Shown here piece after piece: positions 25,521 through 37,400 of a DNA stretch of 64,000 nt (within the stretch, counting starts at the first letter, position 1; every line of letters starts with the position of its first letter). The notes beneath the pieces are model-generated. The model made no database searches. It was not told the DNA's origin and was given only the letters and a program-made list of their open reading frames with translations. Position numbers and translations under genes: made by a program. Origin of the DNA: Callorhinchus milii (lineage: Eukaryota); the NCBI RefSeq assembly GCF_018977255.1, contig NW_024704743.1, positions 90,212,001 through 90,276,000 of the forward strand, read 5' to 3'.

Positions 25521-26589
25521 ATGCAGCTGCAAAAAAACTAATTAACAATCAGAGCACAAATAGTTTTGCACAAATAGACCTGCAGAAGAAGGTACTAATA
25601 AACACAACTGAAATATCATTCATGAGGAATGCGGATTTACAAGATAGCTTGATGCACTTCTAAAGAGAAAAGTGTTGAAGGATATGGTTCTAAGATTGAA
25701 ATATTGGGTTTAAGATCAATTAAATAGAGGTGTGCTTGTTGGGATTAATTACCTATTTTCAGTTCCAAAACTTCTTTTAATGTTACAGAATTGATAACTT
25801 GCAAAAAAATATTGTGTTTGAAAGAAGGAAAACATGGACACTATCATCTGTGACATATTAATGTGAGAAAGTAGCTTTGCGGTTAATTAGACAAAGATCC
25901 TTCAAATAGCAAAGTGACAGAGATGTTTGTGTATCCTCAATACTGATTTGGCCCTTTCCCATACTTTCCTCATTATATACTTGCATCAGAGAAGGAACTG
26001 AGCAGAGGCCAAGGGCAACTAGTAAGATGATCTGCGCTTATACAAGGCTTTTCCCATTAGAAGAGTACATTGTCAAATCTGCTATTATTAGCAGCAAGAC
26101 AAATGTTACTACAAAGTACATTTTCTACACTGGGAAGTTAAAAAAGTAACAGAGTCACCATGGACCATTGACATTTACAGCACAGAAGAAAGCCAGTCTG
26201 TGGTGGCTCTTTGAAAGAGCAATCCTTTCAGTCCCATTTACTTGACTTTTCTCCAATACGCCTGCAAATTATTATTTTCTGGATACCTATCTATTTGCCT
26301 ATCGAAAGGACCATTTTGCACACAACTCTTAGCAGTCATCTAAAAGTGATATTGGCAGAGACCTGGAATCAAGTTGATTATTCCCCTGGCCAGTGATTGT
26401 GCATTGCATTAAAGAATCTATGAAGGGAATATGTTTAAAAATAGAAATTATTAGTATGTTCAAACAACTGTAATGAAATTGGCAGAGAAGGAAATATGAG
26501 ATACCAGTCTTTTAGAAATAGCTCCACTATCTGTTTCTTGTGCTAGTCTGCTCCCTTCATCTTAAATATTGCTTTAGATTAAAGACAAA

Positions 26590-26860
26590 CTCCCTAATGA
26601 CTCAGTAGGTTTATTTAATGAGTACCTGCATAATGCAAATCAGAAGATCACAGGTTCAACTGCCAATATGTGTTGAGTTTCTTGATCTTTGTTGTGCGAC
26701 AGTAAGGGTGTTGCCAATGGTCTAAGCTCTTCGGGTTATGCTGATGAATATCATCCCAGGTTCTTGATCACTATCCAGTGATCTCTGAAGGAAGTGCAAC
26801 AATATGGATGCAGGGTGGGCCAAGACTTAGTTGTAATGTCCCCAAATCAGATAGCCTTCT
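26590..26860 (+). mobile_element. Old tRNA-headed SINE-like element, third family, copy 1
   Basis: gactcagtaggt...caggttcaac head; shares tgatc.ctatccagtga, atatggatg, atagcct motifs with 37160-37400 (-) and 39030-39410 (+). Confidence 0.55.
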
Positions 26861-26879
26861 TTCAACCAAATATATGGAA

Positions 26880-26961
26880 ATCTTAGCTTGGTTTGGATAC
26901 TCTTAAGCATGGTGATAGGTTTCCGCATGTGTCAGACATCCGGCTGACCCCCACAAAAAAA
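26880..26961 (+). mobile_element. Extreme 3' end of the CCHC non-LTR family with A tail
   Basis: ttggtttggatactcttaagcatggtgat...gtcagacatccggctgacc...aaaaaaa is the reverse complement of 56378-56440 and 35305-35370. Confidence 0.75.
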
Positions 26962-27267
26962 TCAAACAGGTTAATTTATCTCACTGCTGTTTCTCAAACA
27001 TTGTTGTCGTAAATTAGCAGCTAAGCCTACATCACAATAACTATGCTTAAAAATAACTTGTTGCATCAAGCAGTTCAAAATGCTTGAACAACAAGATGCT
27101 ATAACAAACGCAAGGAGGATATATTTATTAAAACAGAAGAAAGCACTCAGATAAGGCCAAGTCTGAAAGAACAACTTGTCAAAATAAAATCAGCACACAT
27201 GTTAAATGGTCAATCGACATCTAATGAAAACTACCATATTAATCTACAACTGAGAGAAAACACCTAC

Positions 27268-27478
27268 CTTATTCGATCGCAGTGACACCCGCCCTCCACA
27301 TCGAGCACAGAATTTTGTTTGGCAATATGAACAGATGTGGCCACAGCCGTCAGCAAACTTGGTTTTGTGGCAGATTCCACAGGTGGGTGCGTCACTCTTC
27401 TGTTCTTGTTGTTGCTGTGCTTCATCACCCATCTTTTTTACCTGTTCCTTATACATTTCAAACTGCTGGTGCAATTTC
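27268..27478 (-). CDS. RIMS2: RIMS2 internal coding exon (211 nt): end of Rab3-binding helix plus first part of the Munc13-binding zinc finger
   Basis: Translates (x)KLHQQFEMYKEQVKKMGDEAQQQQEQKSDAPTCGICHKTKFADGCGHICSYCQTKFCARCGGRVSLRSNK, matching RIM2 (FEMYKEQVKKMG, QQQQEQK, RSNK) rather than RIM1 (FESYKEQVRKIG, RSNN). Acceptor CTGCAG| at 27480-27479, donor AAG|GTAGGT at 27267; phase 2 in, phase 0 out. Confidence 0.96.
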
Positions 27479-28694
27479 CTGCAGATGTCAAAGGGCAAAA
27501 GAAATCATTTCATGGTACGGAAATGAAATTGACGTTCATCTATATTTACAATTCGCTTATCTTTTGAGTTTTTTAAGACGTTAGCTGCGTTCATACTGTC
27601 CAACTTTACACCTCTTCACTTTGACAGCTGAATTTTAACAGAGTGCCGGGCTGCATGAGATCTCCCAGTCTAGCATCAGCAAGTAGACAAGACAAATCCC
27701 TTAGCTTCTTTTGTAGGACTAGCAGAATTTGTCAGGGTCAAGCCCATTCAATATTCATCATGTATGTATTACAGTCACAGCCATACAGACATTTTATGGT
27801 ACTGTAAGTCAAAATGAGACGAGTGACTGAGGTAATTTGGAAGGAGAAGAAACAAGCATCCTTATCCAGTAATCAAACTGTAATTCCATTTGCAAAATTT
27901 CATACAGTGATTTTTTTTATAGAACCTGCAGCATCTTAACTAAAGTCTGGGTAGGTTTTCTTTTAAAAAGGAAATATTCAGAAGATTTGCTTAAACTATT
28001 TTACATTAAATGACAGCACTAGAGAATAGATACGACAGACATGAACATCTCTCCTAAAAACAGGATGCACCATCACCCCAATTTAACCATTCAACAAATA
28101 AAAAAAATCCAACTTTGCCCATGAAGCAAGTCATTCTACTTCCCCAGTTACTTTACTCTGAACAATTTGCAGAAGGCTGGTAGGGTACCTAAGACTTCCA
28201 AAAGCTTGTTGACAAAGTACCACATGATAGGTTCTTTCACAGCTTAACACCACTGGGTATCAAGGGGAAGACATATCCATTGTTTTATTAATGGCTAAAA
28301 AGGAGACAGTTGTCATTGGAGGAACCAGGTCAAAATGGGGAAAATCTATTAAATGGACACCTCCTGTTCTTTGGAGACATAAATGACTTGAATTTACAGA
28401 ATGACTGCAAGGTAGTTACGTTTGCAAATGACATGAAGAGGGAACTGCAGAATAAAAGGGAGCTGCTTTTCTTCTCTTGGGACTGAGTTACTTCGCCCAC
28501 TCTCCCAGCCCACACCCCCACCTCACCAGACTTGTTGGCCTTCAGTGACCAGGGATATGGACTTTGACTCATGTTTTGAATCCCTTGAGCAGAGGATAGC
28601 TTACTTGTTATGTTCTGCTCACAGGATTCAAATTGCAATGCCAGAATTGGCATTTTTAGTACTGAAACAAACAGTGCCAAAAAATGCTGGTGGA

Positions 28695-28890
28695 TAATAA
28701 TAATAATAGTAATAATCCTTGCATTTAATATAGCGCCTTATCAAGTCTTTGAGATGTCTCAAAGCACTTCACAGAATATACTGCAAAGTGAATTGACTGT
28801 ATATTTTGTGCGCGAAACGCGGCAGCCAATTGCGCACAGCAGTGTCCCACAAACAGTTGTGGATTGAGTGACCAAATGATTATTATTATT
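28695..28890 (-). mobile_element. 5'-truncated tRNA-Ala SINE
   Basis: (AAT)n ccttgcattt...gcggcagccaattgcgcacagcagtgtcccacaaacag. Confidence 0.88.
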
Positions 28891-29446
28891 TTCTTTAGAT
28901 GACCAGTAAATATTCTTAGCTGGGAATTCCAGTTTGCCGGACTGGATCTCGCCAATGGAATGACTGACTGGCCAGGGTGTCAGTTTACTCTGTTAGCGTA
29001 GCATTTCAGAATGTCCAGATTTTAGCAAATCATTGAAGTCGGTCTTAACACTGAAGTTGATTTTCTGTAGTTTTGTATTTAAGAATCAGTTTAGGTGCTC
29101 TTTGTTCTGAAATGCTAGATTCATTAATAGAGTAAATCTAGTCTTAGGTGGAATTTCTACTCCATGGTTCCTTAAGTGGCACATTGTTCCAGCTGGAGAG
29201 TTCTTCAGATACGTTTAGCTGCTGGGGACAGTCTGCACCACAAAATCACAACCTGGTCTTCCACAACTCAAATTTATTCTCATTATTATCTTATACTGTA
29301 GAACATATGACATGCACGTGGCAGAAAGATGCTATTGCGCACTTCAAGATATTGCTGTGCACATAGTGCTAGAAGAATTTCTCGCAAGCCATTTATCCAG
29401 ATAATAACACCTCTTTGATGTATATCCAAACAGACCAGGCTCATAC

Positions 29447-30400
29447 AACAACAACAACTTGCATTTGTATATTATCCTTCACGCGGGGTAGTGTCTTGGA
29501 GGGCTTGACAGTGGCAGAGTCTGACACCGAGCCAAGGGGGAGAGGGAGGGGGAGCTGATGATCAAAAAGCTAGGTCTTTAGGCGGGATTTGAAAGTGGGA
29601 GGGAGAGGGCAAGGCGGAAAGATCGAGGGAGAGTTCCAGAGTTTCAGGGCACAGTGGCTGAAGGCACAGCCACCGACGGTGCAGCGGAGGGGAGGAGGGA
29701 CAAACAGGAGGCCGGAGACAGCCGAGTGGAACCAGCAGGTGGTGGAGTGGGGGGTAAGCAAATCGGATAGATGTGGAGGTCGAGGGTATGAAGGGATCTT
29801 GAAATCGATCTGTTCAGTAACTGGAAGCCAATGGAGCCTGGCAAGGACTGGTGTGATGGAGGTATGGAGTTTTGTGCAGGTGAGAATCCAATTGGCAGAG
29901 TTTGGGATTTTGGATTCACTTAATCTTGTGAATGGTGGAGCTGGGGAGATCAGTGAGGAGGGGATTGGAATAGTCTAGCCGGGAAGTGACGAAAGCGTGG
30001 ACGAAGGTTTCCGCTGGTTTGGTTGTGAGGTATGGACGGAGGTGGGCAATGTGGCAAAGGTGGAAAAAAGTGGCCCAGGAGAATGAGGAGGTAGAGGGAG
30101 CCCTGATCACAGAGAGAGAGAGGACGTCATTTGTTACTCTGACAAGCGCTGTCTCTGTGCTGTGGGCAGGGCAAACATCGGACTGGAGGGACTCAAGTAG
30201 AAAGTGGAAGGCGAGGTGTGAGCGAAGTTAATTTGAAATGACATGTTCCAGGGCTTTGGTCAGGAAGGGTAGGTTTGAGATGTGTCTGAAGTTTGTGAAG
30301 TTGGAGGGATCGAGGGTAGGTTTTTTAAGGAGAGGAATGATGACAGCGGTTTTGAGCGGGAGTGGGACAGAGTCTGAGGAGAAGGACTGATTGATTGTGT
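29447..30400 (-). mobile_element. Internally deleted L2 (3' end joined to RT pieces)
   Basis: ORF track peptides [66 protein letters not shown]; (CAA)n tail at 29447. Confidence 0.88.
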
Positions 30401-31849
30401 CAGGGACTATGTACCCCAAAGACTGGATATGTATTCCAACCTCTTTGTAAAAGAAATGTGGAGAGCAAAGAACTTGTACCCCCAACTCTTTGCACAAGTG
30501 TAGAGATCAATGAATGCGTTCTCCACTTCATACATCCCCAAAGCTCTACGTACAAATTATCCCAGCTCTTTCTGCAAATACAGAAAGCAGCTGAGCCACT
30601 CAATCGAAAGATTAGAATGAAAGCTTCAAAGCAGATTTTGAAACATGACAAAACAGAAAAGAGCATCAGAAAGGCAGCTCCAGATGTCCCAATTACCGTA
30701 GAAAGGTGTGCGCGTTTCAGAATCATGTGGAAAAATTAGTAACATTGAGTAAATTAGAGAAAAAGCTATTGAATATAAAAGTCATAAGTCTTATTGTTCT
30801 TCAACATCCACATGCTTTGAGTTATGAATTGCAGATGCCACTGGAGTTGAAGTTACATTGTTTTTGGAGATACATACTGCACAATTCAGTGCACTACCAG
30901 TGGTACTCTCTGAGAGGACCGGGATATTCCTAAAGATCATAAATGGACCACAGAAATAATTGATCTGCATGGCCTGGAACTTCATTTAAAAGTTGTACAA
31001 AGTTTGTGTTCATCTTCACTTGGCAAGTATTATCTTGTGGAATTCCAATTAATTTAGCATTCTGAAAGAAAATAAACCAATTCCCAATTCAGCAAAGAGC
31101 AGAGGGATTTGTGCTTAACCAAGAGCAAGAGGAAAAATGGTCTTCGAAGGTACTCAAACATAACTTAATGATGGGCACACTGGATGGGCTGATAGGCTTA
31201 TCTCATTCCTACATTATTATGTTCTTTTAGTTCTTCTGAGTTAGGCTTAGCAACTTTATTTAATTTTCTACTTCAGTATACAAATATATATTCAGTCCAC
31301 AACTGTAAGCTTGCGTAGAATTTTTTCCCATTAGCTGTGGAGATAAGACCAAGTGGAAAGCAGCCATGGGCTGAAGAAGCACTGATTAGAACCTGGAGCC
31401 TTGCACTCAGTGACATAGGACTCTAGCCGTGAATTCGTTTACAAAGGTTTAAAGTGTGCATCATGAAGGGCTGTCATAAAGAAACTCAAGGAATAATATT
31501 CAACAGGGTGCCTTGGATCCGATGGGATAAATCTGAAGGAAATGAGTGAGGAAATAAGTGTTAATGTATTTGGAAGCTTCATTAATGCAGCCTCAGGTTA
31601 CTGGAGAGGAAAGTCAATTTTATTCCAATCTTCAAAACCAAAGTCAGTCGAGACCTTATGCTAACATCAGCAGTGGAAAATGTGCTGAAGAATATGTTAC
31701 AAGATGCCATTAATATTCATCTAAAATGTATAAGAAGCTACAAATTGTAGTTAAGTGAATGATTTTAGAAGCATTAGCCTGTGCTTCAAAAATCTACTAA
31801 ACTTGTTAAAGAAGAAATTAAATTAGCCAACAGAGGCCATCCAGTCACA

Positions 31850-32155
31850 AGATCATAAAGTATTGAGGAAATCCTTCAGCTCATTGGTTCGGAATACCCA
31901 TTCTACAATCGTGCCAGCATCAAACACTTTCTTAACTGAGTTTATTGTCTTGGTCTATAACACTTTTGATAATAACACATTCACTTTTTGATTACTCTTT
32001 GTGTAAAGAAATACTTCCTGGTTTCTGGTCTAAAATTGCGCTTTACAAACTTGAATCAATGTCTCCTAGTTCTGCTGACCCGGATTTACTTTCCGTTTCC
32101 TGTTAAGTATCTTTATCTATCTCTGACAGGTCTCCTTTGAGGCTTCTCTTTTCAA
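31850..32155 (-). mobile_element. Old CR1 3' fragment abutting the retrocopy
   Basis: Reverse strand ttgaaaagagaagcctcaaaggagacctg (EKRSLKGDL) and gtatttctttacacaaagagta (YFFTQRV). Confidence 0.7.
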
Positions 32156-32156
32156 C

Positions 32157-32535
32157 TCGGCGCTGCAGGTGGTGATGCTGGGGAAGAGCCTAGTAGCAAA
32201 GGAGCTATTGAAACACGGAGCCCAGCCCCATGTCCAGGGAGAGTGGGGCTTCACCCTAACTTATGATGTGGCTCCAGTGTCTTTCTGGACACCTTGAAGG
32301 TCTTGACGGAGGACGGAGCCAACGTGAACCTACAGGATGCCAGTGGCTCCCTGCCCATCCACCTAGCAACCATCGAGAGTCATCTGGTACAGTACACGGC
32401 ACCCATCTTCAACATCTAGCACAAGAACTCCAAGGGCCCAACATGCTTAGAGATGGTGATGCCATCGACAAGACCGGGATTGCGGGCTGGCTCTAGTGTC
32501 AACTGGGAATCACGGTGACTCAGTCACTACACTGA
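32157..32535 (+). pseudogene. 5'-truncated processed pseudogene of an INK4-family CDK inhibitor (closest to CDKN2D/p19INK4d; ankyrin repeats)
   Basis: Hand translation: [39 protein letters not shown] / frameshift ~32278 / [57 protein letters not shown] / frameshift / AIDKTGIAGWL*CQLGITVTQSLH*. Motifs [23 protein letters not shown] are INK4 hallmarks. Stops at 32417-32419 and 32494-32496. Confidence 0.88.
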
Positions 32536-32659
32536 CCAAAAGCCCACTTCCCAACCCCTCCCTCACCCCCTCTTTCACGTATTTATTTCTGTCTCTTACC
32601 TGCACACCTGACTTGGGGGTGGGGGGGGTCAACGGGATGACTATTTATCTTCTTCTTGG

Positions 32660-32891
32660 CATTGCCTTTAGCCACCACACCCCAAAACTCTGGAATTCTC
32701 TTCCTCAATCCCTCTGCCTTGGCCCCTCCCTCCCCATCTTCAAATCCCACCTAAAGACCTTCCTTTTTGATCATGCCTACAGTCAACTACCCCTCCCTCT
32801 CCCCAGGTTGGTGTCGGACTCCGCCACTGTCAAGTGCTCAGGGATACTACCCCATGTGAAGGGCACTATATAAATGCAAGTTGTTGTTGTT
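32660..32891 (+). mobile_element. L2 3' end directly following the INK4 retrocopy 3' UTR
   Basis: AFSHHTPKLWNSLPQSL...FKSHLKTFLFD; tail gtgaagggcactatataaatgcaagttgttgttgtt. Confidence 0.88.
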
Positions 32892-33274
32892 TACCATTCA
32901 CCCCTCCTTCTCCCTATTCTTTATTTCCCCTCATTCCAACCGACCGCAAGCTCATGTCACCACATGACCACCTATCGTTCTACCAGGCCTTAATGAGCAG
33001 TATTGACCGCCTAAATCAACAACAATAAGTTTCATTCATACAGCGCCTTTCACATCCCAAGGGAGGACATTCCAAGGTGCATGATCAATCAGAGTAATTG
33101 ACACCACGCAACAAGTGAACAAACAAACGAACAAATAAATCAGAAATCCAGTGGCATCGTAAGAAAAATTGGCAGAGAAAGAAAAGATGAAATGAGAATT
33201 TATGATTTTGTAAAGGAATTATTTGTGCTGGGAAAGGAGTAGTGGTGAGAGATATGTGGTTGAAGGAGGGGGTT

Positions 33275-33743
33275 GATTGACCCTATCATCCCCATCCTCA
33301 CCCGGTTCCCCATTCCCTAGAGGACAGAGTTCCAAAACCTGGTCCTCGCCTTCAAGGTTCTCCAAGGCCTTGATCCTCGCTACTTCTGTGACCTACTAAC
33401 TCCATATCAACCCACCCTCTCCTTCCATTCAGCAGGCTCTGGCCTGCTCCATGTCCCCCACCAAGCCCACTCCATCCCACCATAGGCGGTCGGGCCTTCA
33501 GGCTCTCTGCCCCCAACCTTTGGAACTCCATTCCACAGTCCCTACGCCTTGCTCCCTCCCTTGCCGCACAGCTCAAGACCCTCCTCTTCGACCGCACCTT
33601 TGGCCAGCCTCCTACCTCCTACCCTCCGTGCTCTACACCTCTCCTGATCCCAACCCCCAGCTCAGGTTCAAATTCCCGGCTGTCCAGTACCTTGGGACAT
33701 CCTCCCGTTGTGAAAGGTGGTGTGTACATTTAATTTGTTGTTG
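33275..33743 (+). mobile_element. L2 3' fragment
   Basis: ggcggtcgggccttcag...tggaactccattccacag...cttgggacatcctcccgttgtgaaagg(TTG)n. Confidence 0.85.
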
Positions 33744-34204
33744 TACGCTTAAGTGAGAGATTTTATGGGCAAATAAAATAGTTGCTGCCACAAAGCAGGC
33801 AGTTATGCAGAGCCTTCCGGGTGGGATGGCTTCTGGAAATGTGGAACAATAGCAGAGCTTGACACTGGGAGAGAGAGGCGAGGTGAGTGTAGGCACGGTC
33901 GAAGAGGAAAGTCTTCAGTTAACGAAAAATGTCGAGCTTCTTGTAGCAAAGAGGCTGTTTTCTCTCTCTCTCTCTGTAAGAGAGTCGGAGGTCATGGGTT
34001 GGAGAGATTGAGTCACAGGGATCTGATAACATTTACCTCTGTTGTGTTGTGTGTTGAGTTTACATGTGTATCTACAATGATTTCTAAGTACTGTAATCTC
34101 AGTTAGGGGTCGATGTGTTCTGGAAAGTTGTTTTTACCAGAATTCAAAGCCCTAAGTGAATGTTTTTATTTCCCCATTGCTTCCTTCCCCTCTTCCCCCA
34201 TGCT

Positions 34205-34421
34205 TAATAATAATATAATAATCCTTCCAAAAATAATCTAATCATGATAATTTGATCATTCAATCCATGACCTCGACACTGCTGTGCACAATTGGCTGCC
34301 GCATTTCCCTCACAAAACACACAAGTCATTGCACTTTACAGTATATTCTGTGAAGCACTTTGCGATGTCTCAAAGACGTGATAAGGCGCTATATCAAATG
34401 CAAGGATTATTATTATTATTA
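34205..34421 (+). mobile_element. 5'-truncated tRNA-Ala SINE
   Basis: gctgtgcacaattggctgccgc...aggcgctatatcaaatgcaagg(ATT)n. Confidence 0.85.
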
Positions 34422-34639
34422 TATCAATCCAATTGGTACAATTTATGATTTCATTTAAGTTCTGCATTTGAAGTACATTCACCAGACCAATTTCTGATTA
34501 CTCATCCCCCTCTGCTTTCTACTGCCAAGATAATGTTCAATCCAACTGAATAATTTTCCTTCCATTGTCTACAAATACTTATTCTGGCTCATATGTTATT
34601 TATACTATTCATGAATGTTATAGGCAAGGGTATTTCTAA

Positions 34640-35220
34640 CAATATAATAAAATTGCTGATGGCGCAAGCTACATGGCCAAGTGATTAATATAAGCAGAAG
34701 ATTTAAGTAAAAGATTAAGGAATGCCAGATGATTTTTAATATGGATAAAAGCAAGATAACATTGCTACAGGTTAACATTAAACATGTGGTCATAATAAAT
34801 TGGCGACTATTGGCGAAGGTTGAAAAGGAACAATGATGTGTGCCATTCACTAATAGTAAGCTACTCAATTGTGAAACCGTTGTCAACATCATCATGTTTT
34901 GGATGCATCTCAAAAGGATTTATTTATAAACTGCTTTGGCTTACTTTAGCTCAATGTTCAAGCCACAATTGGAATAGGATGCACAGTATTGGGCACTTTG
35001 CCTTCAACATGACAATGATATGTTGGAAAGGGTTCAAGATAAGAGGCAAAACGATGATTTAAGAACTTAAAGCTCTTCAGTTCTGGAGACAAACTCTCAT
35101 AATTCCATTTATTATCACTGGAGAAAGAATAATGGGCACGATACTCATAAGATATTAAAAGACATAGAGATCATAGATGTAAGCAAGTTCTTTAATTTTC
35201 ACTGCAATTGCAGAAATAGA
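34640..35220 (+). mobile_element. Old CR1 C-terminal fragment
   Basis: gcacagtattgggcac, ttggaaagggttcaagataagaggcaa (LERVQ.RA), ttatcactggagaaagaa. Confidence 0.6.
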
Positions 35221-35295
35221 GATATTAATGCAAAACTTGGCAAGCTTCAATTGAGGTCAGGAGTAGAATTTTTTTTCCCCCCCACAAAGAAGAGG

Positions 35296-36250
35296 ATTTT
35301 TTTTTGGTTAGCTGAGTGTCTGACTCATGCAGAAACCCATCACCATGCTTAAGAATTTCGAAACCAAACTGAGAAGCCCATATCCCACCCACACATGGAA
35401 ATTCCAGAGATAGATTTTTGGAATGCAATGCGCACTCTCTCCCTGGAGGGACACATCTTACTTACTTAATTCTGGAAAGTATTAGGTGCAGGTTGGCAAG
35501 AGCCAAGGCTTGGGGACCCCAGAGTGCGCATTCTGGTACTACTGGAGTCTAACCAGCTAAAACCACATAGCTTGCCATTGATAGTACTAGCTGGCAAGAT
35601 TTCCCACTGCTTGTCCAGCTAGAACCAATGTAACAAGGGCATTGGGTTGCAGAGTTAATAGAAGCTGAGTGGGAGGATTCCCTACCCCCAGTGACTAATC
35701 TGCCATTCCAAACCTTGCCAATGAGCCAGGCTGGCTGTGCTGTCACCACCAGCGCCCTGGAATACTGCAGACCTGCCTGGATCAGGAACCGGACTACTGA
35801 GACTGCCTCAGAGGGCTGGCTCGATTCCAATATTTCATTGCCAGGCATTTCACCTTGGAGCCAGTCCAGCTCCAAGGACAGCCCGCTTACCTCCCCCCCA
35901 AGGAGGATAGTCGCAAGTTGGTCGTTTGACATCAGACAAGAGCAGGTTTGAGCCCTGACCAGGTGGATGGAAGGCACGAGGAATTCCTTACGAACTTCCT
36001 GGTGGGCAAAACATCTCAGTATGAAATGCATGAGAGCATTATAACATCTTCCTGTCCACAGCTAGGGCACACATCCTTTCCCACTAAGCAATGGTTCCAC
36101 TAGTTGGAGGTGCGGAGTTTAAGCGGTCGCTTATCTGGGCGATGATTCACTGGTCTGAGTTGTCACATGGATGTGGGGCTCTGGAGTGGTAAGTATCGGG
36201 AGCCAATCACAGGGGCACTCAGGAAATTTCCTGAATACCCACATAGCCAG
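35296..36250 (-). mobile_element. Non-LTR retrotransposon 3' portion: CCHC zinc-knuckle ORF end, long 3' UTR, poly(A)
   Basis: T-run at 35296-35305 is the tail; minus strand encodes ..VCPSCGQE..HFILRCFAHQEVRKEFLVP.., homologous to 44150-44545 (+). Confidence 0.78.
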
Positions 36251-37159
36251 TCCATCCCGAACACAACCCAAAGATATGATAAAGCAGTTTAATGACTCCA
36301 CAATTCAAAAAGAACCACAGCAATTTTTTTGCCAGGAATTCTCTGTACTTTACGTACTTCTTGGCTCCAAGTAGATTTTTGATTGGAGCTAAACTCAAGG
36401 GAGATCTTTGTCTTATAAGTCAGAGTGATATAGACTAGTTTCCCTGTGGAACATGTAGGTTTATTCCATTCTAGTGATTTTTGAATCATATTTATTGTTC
36501 TTGGCAATTAAATCTGTGTGAACGATTTGTTCCTCTATCTCCTCCCCTCCCCCTGAGTACAGATAACATCTCTTTACTGGTCTGACCTTTGAGGTGGATA
36601 CGTTTTCTTTCTTTACCTCCACCACCAACAGCAAGAACAACTTAAGTTATCTAATATATGATTCATCATTTTTGTGCATCACTAACATTTGACACTCATC
36701 ACACTTGTCAGATACTTGTCTCTCTACATAAGCCACCTCTTCGTTCTCATCCCCTGAAATCAGCATTTTCAGAAAATAGACTGTGTCACGCATGTTCCTT
36801 TCCCCTGAATTCTGAAGAAACGCTGCCTACTTATAGTTATGACGTAATCTATTTTTAATTCTAGCCTTAAATCCTACGTTTATTACTTTAAATTACTGTA
36901 CAAACATTTTTGCTCTTTTAGCCAAGATGCCCGTAGGCCCAATATTTTAAATCCTAATGTCATTCCACCTTTAAATAACAGTATTGGGTGTATGGTTTGA
37001 GCAGCTGGATTTCTTTGAATGCCCTTTGTTGGAACTGAAGGTAAATTCGGGAAAAAAAATCCTCGGCCATTTTCTACCCTCTCCTGAAGACATTTAAACT
37101 CCTTTTTGTCTTCCACCAAATTTGGATTCTACCTGTACTAGAACCGTCCATGGTCTCAC

Positions 37160-37400
37160 CCAAGAGGTTAATATTCATGGGCGAACCTCAACAGTGTTAC
37201 CAAGCATCACATCCTGTCCTCAAGTACTTCCATATACATGCACTTTCTGACAGGGCACTCTAGTAAGAGGTCAGAATCGGAAAGCATGGCTTATTTACCC
37301 TCTCCCTATCCCAGGAGCATTGTGGCCGATTGTAAATCTCCAAATATTGCCTGAGCAGAGATCATCTCACTCTGCACAGTACGTAGCCTTTCACCATATA
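37160..37400 (-). mobile_element. Old tRNA-headed SINE-like element, third family, copy 2
   Basis: Reverse strand tacaatcggccacaatgctcctgggatagggagaggg..aagcca..gaaagtgcatgtatatgga..gaggacagga aligns by eye with 39155-39310. Confidence 0.55.

Noticed and set aside
27244..27498. 84-aa ORF as a complete gene
   Set aside because: Only 27268-27478 is exon; MPFDIC and VGVFSQL are intronic read-through.
32130..32168. Pyrimidine tract plus CAG as a real acceptor for a functional INK4 exon
   Set aside because: The tract is the antisense of a CR1 fragment, and the downstream frame has frameshifts and two stops.
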